Part shown: piece by piece, positions 39,793-51,223 of the stretch
How positions within the stretch are numbered: position 1 is the first letter of the stretch
Layout: every line of letters starts with the position of its first letter
Virus record (IMG/VR): IMGVR_UViG_3300044974_000943
Direction: 5' to 3' (one strand)
Length of the DNA stretch: 64,000 nucleotides
Source: a virus
The notes under the pieces: generated by a model
Databases searched by the model: none
The model's input: the letters and a program-made list of their open reading frames with translations, nothing else
Told to the model about the DNA's origin: nothing
Position numbers and translations under genes: made by a program

Positions 39793-40636
39793 TCTTCTTT
39801 AATATAACTCGACCTCTTTTTCTGCACATCTATCAAGAGGAATATTTACATAAAATTTATTGTTGGTACGGTCAATGAGAATTTCACCAATATCAAGTTT
39901 TGGGTCAAAGGGGACGTAGCCAAACTCCAAAGATATCACCTCGGACAGACTCAATTGTGATGCGACGTTTATTACATCTAAAGAAAAGTTAAGGAAGTTC
40001 ATTTTCATCACCAAATATAAATGCAGAGTTAGGTTTCTCGACTACGTTTTCTCGATTAGCTTCTTCCAGTACTTCACGGATACGAGACACACGAAAAGCC
40101 TGTGTAGCTGTATTGGGACTGACTGCGGCAATCAAGTCGCGAATAGTGTCGCCATCGATTAGGTAAGCTTCAAACGAGGTCATTTGATTGACTCGACCAA
40201 AGGTGACTTCAGGTGGAAATCTAGTCATATTAATCCTCAAAAAGTTCTACAAGTTCGCAGAGGTTAATATAGACTTCATAATAACCGTCAGAATGAACGT
40301 CTTGCCAAGCTTTTGACCAGATTTTATTAGCTTGTTTCTGCGAGATTTTCAAGTTATTCAAACCGCTTTCTTCTTTAACAAGAGTTTCACAAAGAGAGTC
40401 GATTTCGTTGTTGTGGTCATCTTCTGCCGATTTCACGGTAGTTTTCCAAGTTTCATACTCAGAATTAAATGCAGCTAGGGCATTGCCATAATCAATATAA
40501 TCTTGCGGGGTCGCATCTTTGTCTGGTGCTTGAGGCTTTTTAGGGGGTTTAGTCCATTTACGCTTCTTTTTAAGGTAGTCAAGTTTATCGCTCAAATCAT
40601 AATCGTTGAGGTAAGCGGGAATTTCGATAGTCATGA

Positions 40637-41137
40637 TTAATCCTTCCAAAATGTTTTAGTGTTACCATCTTCTTCCCACAAATATCTACTGAAACAGGCA
40701 GAATAGAAATCCGCCCAAGGGCATAAGTAACCCCCCGCAGTGTAATTGTTGCTTTTGTGCGTAAATTTACGAAAATGCAACTTTTCTAACTCGATACACA
40801 ACAACATTTGAGCATCTATGAACCCGATTTGCTGTGATTGCGGGAAAACGAAAGCGAAAACAATCTTTGAGTCAGGTTTTATCTTACGAATGAAGCCTAA
40901 ACCATCTCCAACCTCGGTTTCGAGAAAAATATTCCCTGTTTTAGCCGCCATGTAGTCGGTTTTCACCTCAATTAGCAAGTCTTTTTTGCCAATTACACGA
41001 AAATCCCAGCTTTCATTGATTTGTTGGTCTAATGTAGCTGGAATGACTTCGTAGTTTTTGCTGATGAAGAACTCTTTGACTACTTTTTCGCCGAATTTGC
41101 CTTTTGTGAAGGACTTAGAGCGCTCTGAATTAATCAA
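40637..41137 (-). CDS. PD-(D/E)xK restriction-like nuclease-domain protein
   Basis: GKFGEKVV...WDF...IEVKTD...TGNIFLE. Confidence 0.7.
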   Translation of the reverse strand: MINSERSKSFTKGKFGEKVVKEFFISKNYEVIPATLDQQINESWDFRVIGKKDLLIEVKTDYMAAKTGNIFLETEVGDGLGFIRKIKPDSKIVFAFVFPQSQQIGFIDAQMLLCIELEKLHFRKFTHKSNNYTAGGYLCPWADFYSACFSRYLWEEDGNTKTFWKD

Positions 41138-41313
41138 AAGTAGCCTCTAAATTATCAATCGTTGATTTTTCAAGCTCATTTTCTTCAATCAACACAGCAA
41201 TTTCTCTTCGCCAAGCAAGGCGCTTGAGTTTGTGAGCGCCACGTTTGCCCTCTGGGCGCTGATGTTGGCAGTAAGAGTACATTGACGTTCGGTAACGTCG
41301 GTAGTCATTACTT

Positions 41314-41733
41314 TTATTCCTCACTTTTTTCACTCCAATGTTTTACACAACGTACAACCGTATCTAAATGACATCTAGGAATAGCTTCGACAGCATCACT
41401 TCGACGACACCAACATCTTACTCGATACACTTTCTTTTCTTTATACAAAGGTACAAGCTGATGTAACTGGAAGACGATATCTTTAGTTGAAGGTGTTTTC
41501 CAGACTTTCGAGATTGGGAGTGTTTTACTAATCTCTCTGGGGTCAACATATTGGTCGCGCATACCAGCATTGTAACGTCTGATTACTAGTTTTAAGTAAG
41601 CTTCATGAGCATCACAAACTTCGTCACGAAATTCTTCATTGACTAAATCAAAAGGGTTGCCAAGCGCAGTTGCTCGGTCACAGCGAATATCTGAATCAAG
41701 TTGACGTTCTTTGAGATGTCCTACAATTAACAT
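41314..41733 (-). CDS. DUF4326-like protein
   Basis: RCDRATALGNPF...RCWC...RCH. Confidence 0.7.
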   Translation of the reverse strand: MLIVGHLKERQLDSDIRCDRATALGNPFDLVNEEFRDEVCDAHEAYLKLVIRRYNAGMRDQYVDPREISKTLPISKVWKTPSTKDIVFQLHQLVPLYKEKKVYRVRCWCRRSDAVEAIPRCHLDTVVRCVKHWSEKSEE

Positions 41734-42110
41734 TACAGTGACTCCAACAAGTCAGCTTTACTTGCAAATAGGGTACGTTCATCGAGCAACCAATTTGGGT
41801 CTGCGGTCTTAGATTCAGATAAAGAATATACAATAATAAGTTTGTCATCTGTACTTCTATTGAAATAATCTACTTCGTCTCGTAGTTTTTCACTGCTCTC
41901 AGTAATCTGACGAACTCGCACATTTCCTTTCTGAACTTTATCATTCTTGAGAAACCAGACTTCTTGACTCACCGCAAACTTGAAAGTGGGATTATTCTCA
42001 AGTAAGTCTTTAATAGCTAACTCAAGGCAATGAAGAGCATCTAGAAATTCTTGTGAATTGCCTGTAGCTCGAAGTTTTTCGATTCTGGTGTTGATTTGGT
42101 AATTAGACAT
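41733..42110 (-). CDS. hypothetical protein, paralog of 42661-42948
   Basis: FKFAVSQEVWFLKNDKVQKG vs FKIDERVYFLKDNRIQSG. Confidence 0.55.
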   Translation of the reverse strand: MSNYQINTRIEKLRATGNSQEFLDALHCLELAIKDLLENNPTFKFAVSQEVWFLKNDKVQKGNVRVRQITESSEKLRDEVDYFNRSTDDKLIIVYSLSESKTADPNWLLDERTLFASKADLLESL

Positions 42111-42169
42111 AAGTACCTCTCGCTAATCCTGATACAATAAAATAAAATAACAAAAATTGCATCATCCCT

Positions 42170-42664
42170 ATGACAGACTTCCGCCACATGAACTCGCCTC
42201 TCGAAGCTGACTTTGCTTTAGGCAATCTCGACCGCTTCCTAACTCGCGCCAAAGCAGACATCAAAACAACTGTAGGAGCCGTTAAGGACATCGCCAGCAA
42301 GAAAGCTTGGACTGACCCCAAGAAAAACGCCAGCTACACCGATTTAGGAAAAGGTGCATCCGAAGCCAAACAACGCGCCAACAAAGCTCTTCGTGATAAG
42401 AATGAAGCCAACAAAGCGGCAGAACGAGAGAAGACTGCTAAGGACACCACATTGAAGTATGTCGAGCCTCGCAAGCCAAGAGCGACGGCAGGGGCAGGAA
42501 CTGACAAGACTCAAGACTTCGTGGATAAGGTCAGAAAAGAGAATAAGGGTAAGCCAGTGATGGACGAAAGTAAATCAGCCGCGTCAAGAGATGGATTCAG
42601 CAACGACAAGCGCGAAACTGGCAAAGCTAAACCAATTAGTAAGAAAGACCAGATTAGATACTAG
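42170..42664 (+). CDS. basic Lys/Ala-rich protein, possible virion-internal protein
   Basis: Isolated plus-strand gene; ADFALG motif near the N-terminus; TGATACAAT upstream. Confidence 0.55.
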   Translation: MTDFRHMNSPLEADFALGNLDRFLTRAKADIKTTVGAVKDIASKKAWTDPKKNASYTDLGKGASEAKQRANKALRDKNEANKAAEREKTAKDTTLKYVEPRKPRATAGAGTDKTQDFVDKVRKENKGKPVMDESKSAASRDGFSNDKRETGKAKPISKKDQIRY

Positions 42665-44282
42665 CCGAACGGTTGGGTTTGTATACCTTGGCTTTCTTGA
42701 TACAGAGTTTCGTGGAACTTGTTGAGAGCCGCGATACTTTCAAATACGCAATACTCAGACAAAGTCTCATAACTCTCACTGTAAAAGTAATCCGTAGCTG
42801 CGGTATTGCCACTAATTTTGTCACCAATCAGGTAAACCAAGTGTGTAGACTTATTTTTAACTACACTCTGTTGCCAACCTAAAATAAGACCACTTTGGAT
42901 GCGGTTATCTTTTAGGAAATATACACGTTCGTCAATTTTAAACATCACTTACTCCTCTTCTGTAAATCAATCATCAGCCAATCATCGGTGCAACTTTGCC
43001 AAGTATCTTTCATGATGTGTAGCCAACCAAAACGAGGGAAGTACTGGTGGTTAATTGGGTGGAAAGTAAACTGAATTACCCAAACGTCTTTCAGGTACAG
43101 CACCCATTCATCGCGGTCACAAACTCGCCAACGGTAAAACAATTTAGGCATCGCTGACCTCACTTAAATCGCTCTCTAGCGCCCACTGAAGATAGCTAGG
43201 TGTAGTTAGGCTGCTCAGATAGTATTGATGCTCTGAGCCGTCGTCTGGCGCGTATCTGGAGTACACTTCGTAGGTGCTTGCTTGTGTATCAAAGCGAACA
43301 CGTTGTCCGACACTGAATTTAAAGTTGCTCATAGTGAATCTAATATCTCCTTTGCTATTTTCAAATAGTAATCTTCATCGGGTAACTCGAAATCAATCGC
43401 TTTGTTGTTAGCACGAACAAAATCATGCAACTCTGCGGGTGTTTTTTGCAGTAAGCCTAAATCAGATTCGTACAGCAGCTTGGCAAGGCAAGGGATGTCT
43501 TGCTTGTCGCCATGTCCCGCAGTCGGAATGCAGACTTTCGCTAGGACTTGCTCAGGAGTCGTAGGTTTATTCTTGTAGCTCCAATGGAATACGCCGCCGA
43601 TATAAGCAATCTCGCATCTTTGGCAGCGAACAATTGGCTCGACAATAACAGGATAAATGTTCGTCAAGTCGTCATAAAGATGAAATGCCAACTCGAAATC
43701 CATAATCGCGGCAATCTTGTCGTTTTCAATCAGTGCAACATAGTTTGTAGCAGGGGAATCGCGCTTCTCAAGTACCGAAACAGCTAGTTCTGTAATGGCA
43801 AAACCATCATAAGCATGATGTGAAATATCGTTTTTGCTTCTAGTGAAAGACAGATACTTGTTGGCGTTCTTGATTGCATACCAGATTTCAAAATTGTGCA
43901 TTGCTGACCTCAGAGTATAAGTATGAAGAAAATCCTTGTTTAGCTTGTGCTTGAAGTGCGAGAATTTCGGGATGTGCGGGAAACTTTTGCAGTGCCAAAT
44001 GTGCGGCTATGCTAGCTTCCATGTACTTCTTTTCTGCAATCAAGCGCTCAATGTGATGCAGCTTGTACGAGACAGTGTGACGGCGAAAGAGCCAATTGAT
44101 TAAGCGACTAACCATATAAGATTCCTGTGGATAGTGGGGCAATACTGAGATGCGAGAATGCACTCTCGACGAGTGACTTGATGCTTTTGAATAGTCTTGA
44201 AAATCGTTTGTGCGGTGATGTCGTCAACAACGTATTTTTTGGTCGTATTCATTGCAAATAATGATAGGTAAGTTTGCTCAGT

Positions 44283-44705
44283 TTAGCATCTGGCTTGAGG
44301 AGGATTCAGTAACGGCATCCAATGAGAGACATCACAAACAAATACCGCATACCCATCTGCAATATTTACAAACTGGTCATATTCTTTTAAGAACTGCATC
44401 GGTACAGGATAATAGCTTCCACCTAGAAAAAGCTTATAACCTAGAAATACCGTACCATCTTTAGGCGCAGTTTCAATCGGTTGCCAAGCACTAAACAGTC
44501 GGGCAACTTCAGCAGCTTGAGTGTCGCTGTGGTTCAACGGGTTATCGTCATCCCAATCACCAACCTCTGCGGTCTGAGACTTGATTACATTAGGGGCAAT
44601 GCAATCGTTCGGGTAATTCGCATCTTCGAGGACGCGCTCAACTTCATCGGCTCCGAGGTGGTCGTGGTCGATTACTAAAACTTGTAGCAGATGTGCTTTC
44701 ATCAA
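44283..44705 (-). CDS. DUF551-like phage protein
   Basis: WQPIETAPKDGT...VSHWMPL. Confidence 0.65.
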   Translation of the reverse strand: MMKAHLLQVLVIDHDHLGADEVERVLEDANYPNDCIAPNVIKSQTAEVGDWDDDNPLNHSDTQAAEVARLFSAWQPIETAPKDGTVFLGYKLFLGGSYYPVPMQFLKEYDQFVNIADGYAVFVCDVSHWMPLLNPPQARC

Positions 44706-45947
44706 TTCACCAATCTTGATTTCAATATGTTAGTGCCAGCCTTGATAACTAGCTGCTTCGTTTCTGAACTGTACTCGATAGTAATCTTTTTACCGTCTTC
44801 TGTAAATAACTCTAGAGGTACACTATTTTGTAGTTGTTGTGCCATAGTTTTACCTTGGCAGTTTCTTCAAATAGTTTTTAACAAGTTCCACGAAATCAAA
44901 ATCCCGCGCTAAATCAAACATCACTTCACCAATACCAACATTCTTTCCTGCAATCTCGCGCACACGCTTTTCAAACGGATACTTTGCCAAAAGATGTTGT
45001 TGATAGTCCTCTTCTAATGTCGGGATATTCTCAGTCATAAGTTGAAAGCTCTGTTCCGCCTCAACCCACTCCCACCAAAGACCTTCTTTTAATAAAAAAG
45101 TATGTCCCAACTGTGCGGATTCCCATGAAATCTTGAATCCAGATGTTTCAGTCCGAAGATATTTTGCACCATTCTCAAATTCTATGAAACTCTTAGAAGA
45201 TTGATTTTCAGATATAATTTTCATGTTAGTTCACCAAAACATTTAATTGTGAGTTTAGATACTCTCGAACAGCATCATTATCTTCAATCCAATCTCCGTG
45301 TAGTGAGTATTGTTTGCAGTCATCAAGAATAGTCCATTTTGTGTCGTTAGTGCCGCCGAAGCTCATGTAGGCTGACAAAGTACTCGGATTGCCCTTCTGA
45401 AGCTCAGAGACGATTTTAGCTGCATCTCTGGAGCTAAGCACAACCTTAAATGCACCTTGCTGCTCGGAACGAATGATGTGAATTTTCTTGGGCGTAGTGA
45501 TTGGCACTTGTTCGACTTGACAAAACTCAAGCTGGTTGTAGTTAGGTCGCATTTTGTGCCTCGATTTCTGCTAGTGTCAAACAACACTGTGGAACAATAG
45601 TAACTTTCATCGGCATCTTCGTCCATATGCCTCTCGAAGGATTATAAACGTGAAGCTCGATTACTTCTTGACCAGTAAAGGATTGACCGCGAGATATGAG
45701 GCGATACTGGGGTTGACTCATGGCTTTACCATTCCTTGATAAATTGATTCAATATCTGGTGCTGCATCTACTTTGAATTTCTTCTCCTCGTCAACGTACC
45801 ACCATTGCTGCTCTATGGCTCTGTAGGCGAAGTAATAGTTTGCGAACAGTGGAATCCACATAATGTTGTCTTCATCGGTCTTGCGGAGCCAATCAAGGCT
45901 GTCTGCGGTGATATGTGCAGAAGAGGAATTGATGCGGTTGGTTTGGG

Positions 45948-46512
45948 TCATAGCTTGAAACTCAATGGGTTAGGTAAGACTTCCTCTTGGCTTAGAAAAC
46001 CTGTAACCATCTCTGATAATTCCTTGACGATTCTGGGATTCTCTTCTTTAAAATCTTTAATGTGGTCATCCTCTGTGTTCACACTCATCTTGAAAAGGTC
46101 TGTCACTAATGTTATTGCATTGATTGCCCTAACATTAGAGTTCTTTAGTTCCTTTGCTAGAGTAGCTACGTGCTTTTGTAAACGCGAGTTCTCCTCTAGT
46201 ACCACTTCAAATTCTTCAGTGGAAAATTGTTGTGATTGTTTGGCTTCAAACTGTTTAGCCATATACAAAGAAAGTGTAGAAAATACAAAAGGATGGTTCT
46301 CAAACCACTCCCCAGATATACGGTAATCTTTCAACTCTTCGTGAATCGCTCTTTCTACGGTACAATCACCTTTGAAAGTTAGAAGCAGTTCTAACGGATG
46401 GATAGTGTTAGTTTGAATCTGGGCAATCCTCCTGTTGGGGTCATTGGAAAAGCCAATTTTTACAACGTTGTCACCCTTATTTAGAATTGCGTAGATGTAG
46501 TTTTGTGTCATG
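45948..46512 (-). CDS. T5orf172/MUG113-type GIY-YIG nuclease-domain protein (copy 2)
   Basis: YIYAI...VKIGFSNDPNRRIAQIQT...ERAIHEEL...SGEWF; likely start MTQNY. Confidence 0.85.
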
Positions 46513-47199
46513 TTATTGTTTTGGTTTAAAGAATTTAGTTGGGCAAGTTCCTGATTTGACAATCTCCCAATCTGCATTAAGTAAAACTTGTTCTACTTCT
46601 TTACTAGAAAGTGAAGTCGAAGCAATTTCTTTTTTCAATTCAGGGATAGTGATACGGCGTTTGTTAGGGCGAGACTCTAAAAGCACATAGGCTTTTTCAA
46701 TAATTAAGGATTCTAGTGTACCAACCTCTAAGAACTCCTTGTCATATCTCATGTAGTTTTTAGCTTGCATGATAGCCCTTGCGATAGTCGAGTTATCGAA
46801 CTCTGCATGACCGATAAAACGTTGAAGCTCTATTCTTAGGTAGTCGTAGCCGCGATACACTGTAGGTTTGTCAACCTGACCTCTCCAACTAATTTTTATA
46901 GTGTCAGCTTTACTATCTTCTACAACATCAAACTCTGCAATCAGGTAAGAGTTGTTTTTCAGAATAATAGCTAACTTGTTTGCTCTAACATACTTTGTTG
47001 AATCTGCTTGCTTTAGTCTGGCTATTTCTGATGTTAGTAAAGCTACCATCAATTGCATGACCTTAATCATGTTCGTAGTAACTGGTTCGGCATCAAACTC
47101 GATAAGCTCGACAAGAATTTTTTTGGTTAGCTCGAAATCCACTGGCTCTTTTTTCAATTCGTTTTGTAGATTGTAGACTAAACTAGACTCGATTTGCAT
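46513..47199 (-). CDS. hypothetical protein, paralog of 2632-3330 (copy 2)
   Basis: Direct sequence similarity along the whole length. Confidence 0.6.
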   Translation of the reverse strand: MQIESSLVYNLQNELKKEPVDFELTKKILVELIEFDAEPVTTNMIKVMQLMVALLTSEIARLKQADSTKYVRANKLAIILKNNSYLIAEFDVVEDSKADTIKISWRGQVDKPTVYRGYDYLRIELQRFIGHAEFDNSTIARAIMQAKNYMRYDKEFLEVGTLESLIIEKAYVLLESRPNKRRITIPELKKEIASTSLSSKEVEQVLLNADWEIVKSGTCPTKFFKPKQ

Positions 47200-48844
47200 C
47201 TATATTTTTTTGTTGGGTTGAACTCATATACTTAATATAACACACCCTATTACACACTAACCTTACCAATATATTCGTATTCGATATTTAGAGGTAGCTT
47301 TAGCGGGGTAAATTCACCAAAACCGCTTGCAGTAAGGATTGTAATAAATATAGTGTTTCCTATAATTCGTTTATTTTCTGCCGCCTATTTAACGATAGAA
47401 TGCGGGTTTCAGGTATCTATTTTTATAATTACATAGGTTTCATACATCATCGTCATCATCAGGAAGAATCCCAGCCGTCGGCGCTTGAGACAACTGGCGT
47501 TAGCCTAGCCCTTCGGCAATGAGAAAGACTTAGCTTCCTTATTCCTCTCATGTTCGCGCAACAGCTTCTTACAAACCACATACACGCTTTGCACTTCTTT
47601 GTCCTCATACTGCCTCAACATTTCTTTGTTATCCATAAAGACTCACTTCGTTCGTGTGCAGAAAAAGAAGGTGAGCGACAGCCAGCAAAGCGAAAAAAGG
47701 AGATGCTGCATAACAACACCTCCATCTCACTATTCGTTGTACTCTCGCCAGATTCGCTCAACTTCAGGTTCCTCGCAAACAGCACCTTCACTAGAATAGT
47801 TATGATGCCAATTCTTACCGTCTGGGGAGTAATAAGCCTCTACTATCTTGTCGTCATTGTCGTCAAAATGTAGCCACTCAATCTCACTGCCAGCTTCTTT
47901 TCTTCTCCACAAGGTATCATCTACATCCAACTGGACTGACCTACTAAGCACCTTCACGACATCCTTCGCACTAACCTCAACCTCACGACTAACTACTCGA
48001 AAACAATGCTGTAACTCCTTTTCCAGAACATTCTCATACCAATGATTAGCCGCCTCTTGCGATTCCCACCCTTCGGCAGTATTGTGCATCGAAGTTAGCC
48101 AGCCATGCGTAAAAGTGTTGTACTCAATAAACCATCTTGTAGTTTTCATAATGCTTGCGTAGTCCCATACCATTCGGCATCTTCAAAATTATCAAATGTA
48201 GCCAGATGTTCAATCACACCACTAGGGCGGATGGCTACAACGAACCACCAACCGCAGTTTTGTATCGCGGTCAAGTAAGTATAATCACACTTCTTTTCTG
48301 CCATATTAATAACTCCAAAATTTACTCTTGATGTATTCTTTCGTTTCTTCGCTTGGCTTTACAAGTTCACCCCAATCACTCTCTTCTGTAATCAACTGCG
48401 GGTCAATCACCGAAGCATCCTCACCATTGCGTTTTAGATGCTGCACAGCGCCTTGGCATGGCTTAGAGGTGTCTGAATGGCAAGCCCAAGTCTTACCGTG
48501 TTGCAGACGCATAATCTTGATGTCGTATGGAGTTGGAAGACATCCATAGCTTTGTGCAATGTCACTTGCTTCGCTACAAGCAAATGGACATGAACCATCA
48601 ACATGACAAATTTCACTCATCTACTTAACTCCTAACACTGCACAAATACTTTCAACTTTTACGTTATCATCACCAAAACGTTCACGCATCCATCCGAGGG
48701 CATTAGCTTGAGTGTTGAATTGAATGTAAGCATATTGCTGATATCTCTCCCACTTCGGCATCTCAATTCCAAAAAAGAACCAAGGAGCATAGCGTTCGAC
48801 TGTGAAATATCCGTTGTCAAGTTCTACAATGCGATGTGTCAATT

Positions 48845-49315
48845 TCATAGCTGCGCTTCTCCTTCTACATAATAAGGTTTGGTTTTAATATAAGCCCAAT
48901 AACTCTCAACTACATCATCAGTCTTGAACTCGTCAGGCATAGCAGAAACAAATGGTGTGTGGTCGGTTGATACTTCTTTAAAAGCGAGAAGTTGATAAAA
49001 GACTGACTTCAAAGCTTGTGAGTGTGCAGGTAATTTTCCATAATGTTTTTCGTGACACTTACACAACTCTATACCATGAAGAGCTAACCAATTCATATTA
49101 CTTTTGGACTGACAAGCCCATTTAGTGCAAGGATGATTAACGTGCGATTTTGGTGAATACTCGTTGCCATCTTTTTTGTGGGGGAGTGCCAGACCGTGAT
49201 GAGCGCAAGCGACTGCAAGCATTTGAGCAGCTTCAAGCGCCATTTTACTAGCCACTTTGACTGGGACAAGTCTCGCCGCTTTGATTGGATTTTCGTGAAG
49301 TACGAAGATATTCAT
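48845..49315 (-). CDS. pyrimidine-dimer DNA glycosylase/endonuclease V-like protein
   Basis: MNIFVL...KMALEAAQML...HVNHPCTKW...AMPD. Confidence 0.8.
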   Translation of the reverse strand: MNIFVLHENPIKAARLVPVKVASKMALEAAQMLAVACAHHGLALPHKKDGNEYSPKSHVNHPCTKWACQSKSNMNWLALHGIELCKCHEKHYGKLPAHSQALKSVFYQLLAFKEVSTDHTPFVSAMPDEFKTDDVVESYWAYIKTKPYYVEGEAQL

Positions 49316-49662
49316 ATTATTCTAGGTTCTCTTAAATAAGGGTATCCATCGCTATATTCGTCACGCAATCTAAAGCCATATCTTTCATACCAATCCTCAA
49401 GTTGCTCAAGGGACAACCCTTTATGTGGAACACCTAAACAGACAGGCACTAATACAGCCGTGAAGCCAAGGGAATCAGCTAACCAACACACTTGACTTAA
49501 CAACCGACTACCAAGCTTCATGCCTCGAAATTGCGCTTCTACTTCGATTTCTTCCAAGATGATTTTCTTGTTGGTATGGTCGATAAGCAGATTCGCATTA
49601 CCTCGCCCTTGGGAGTCGCTTATTGTGGTTAGGATGTAGTGGGGCAGTAGTGAGTTAGTCAT
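49312..49662 (-). CDS. GNAT-family acetyltransferase
   Basis: VEAQFRGMKLGSRLL acetyl-CoA motif; WYERYGF. Confidence 0.8.
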   Translation of the reverse strand: MTNSLLPHYILTTISDSQGRGNANLLIDHTNKKIILEEIEVEAQFRGMKLGSRLLSQVCWLADSLGFTAVLVPVCLGVPHKGLSLEQLEDWYERYGFRLRDEYSDGYPYLREPRII

Positions 49663-50569
49663 GCTTGAACTCCCTTTTCACTACACGATATTTTGGGTCT
49701 GCATTCGGAAAAGCACTACTCCATCGTCTAGCTTCAGCAGCGTGTGCGTGAGCCATGATTTCTGAGGTGTGACCTCCAATTTTATCTGAACCAAGCCTTT
49801 CAGGATTCCAGTTTTTAGCGTCTTGCCATTGCCCATACTGAAAAGAAGATTTGTCGTAAGTATAGCAGTTCCATTGGACAAACCATCTGAAGTTTTGTGT
49901 AGGAGGTGCAACGTAATTTTCAAGTTGAGAAAAATCAAATTCCATAACATTACCCTTGAGGTAGAAAAAAGATAACTGAGTAAATAACCCAAGCATCAAC
50001 AATGAGTAGCGCCCAGAACCACCAATCGATACGAAAATCGAACTGAACTTGAGGAAGAACATCGTGTGCCAACTTCAGCGCGAGAATCGCGAGGGCAGAA
50101 AAGAATATGTAGAGTTTCATGCGGTAAGTCTCTCAATTAGCGATTGTGGGTTTGCAAATTGATGTTTGTAAACAGGTTTGCCTATAGCTTCCTCAACAAG
50201 ACCGTGAAATGTGCTGAAAGTGTCGGTGCAAAGTAGTGGCTGGTTAAGTTGAAGTAGTGCAGCTTCTTTGACTGGCATAGTTTTCCACCAGCCAGATTGG
50301 GATAACTCGATAGCCTCTTGTTCCGTCAAGTCAGATTGCAGTTTTTCTTTGTAATTCATGATTTAGCCTGTAGTGTCAATGAAGCCTCGTCTCGAAGTCG
50401 AAGAACCAAACGCTTCTGGTCATCGGTCAGCACCCTTACATCCTCTTTCTGCCCACACTTGACAGCAGTATCAGCAGACATACAGGGGTCGCCAGTCTCA
50501 AGATAGTTTGCCCACATTTGTAGGGCGTGGAAATGTAGGTGTTTTGGTTTGCAGTTAAGAAAGTCCATG

Positions 50570-51223
50570 TTAAATTGCTCCGCCAGTCATATAAAGTGTA
50601 GGGAAGTATAGGTAATTAGAACCAGCTTGTTGTCTAATTTCTGTAGGTAAATTATGCGCTACAGCAAAATCCATCATCGATTCGTAGTAAGCGAACTCAG
50701 GGAATTTATCACGAATCTTGTCAATGTACCAACCATCAGATGAATACTCAGTGCCAGTCTTCACAATTGATTTGCGGTCAGTTGTCTCGGTGAATTGGCG
50801 GGAGTAGGGGATAATTTTACCTCCCTTGTACCAGACTTTGCAAATCGAAAGTGGAAAGTGTTGCACAACGCTAGTGTAGGTTGACTCTTTCATCACAATC
50901 AACTGAACCTTTTCACCAGATTCTTCGTAATTGAAAACCCAGCGTACAAGAGGATTGCTGATGTACCTATCATCGTCAACCGAGAGTGCGGACTGCTCGA
51001 TGTTAGTGATGCCAATAGCTGCTAGTTGCGTCTTGAAGTGCCTTAGCAATGAGTTCTGAGGCACATAGAGGTAAACGTCCAAGTCCTTAGCCTGAAGACC
51101 TAAATACCAGTCTCTCGGCGCACCGCCAGCAATGATGCAGTGAGGGTCGATTGCTTCTAGTTTTGCAAGTAGCGAGTCAGCTACACTTTGTTGCCACACG
51201 ATGAGAGAAGATGTACTAGCCAT
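50570..51223 (-). CDS. nucleotidyltransferase (CCA-adding/poly(A) polymerase head-like)
   Basis: IIAGGAPRD...KDLDVY. Confidence 0.75.
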   Translation of the reverse strand: MASTSSLIVWQQSVADSLLAKLEAIDPHCIIAGGAPRDWYLGLQAKDLDVYLYVPQNSLLRHFKTQLAAIGITNIEQSALSVDDDRYISNPLVRWVFNYEESGEKVQLIVMKESTYTSVVQHFPLSICKVWYKGGKIIPYSRQFTETTDRKSIVKTGTEYSSDGWYIDKIRDKFPEFAYYESMMDFAVAHNLPTEIRQQAGSNYLYFPTLYMTGGAI

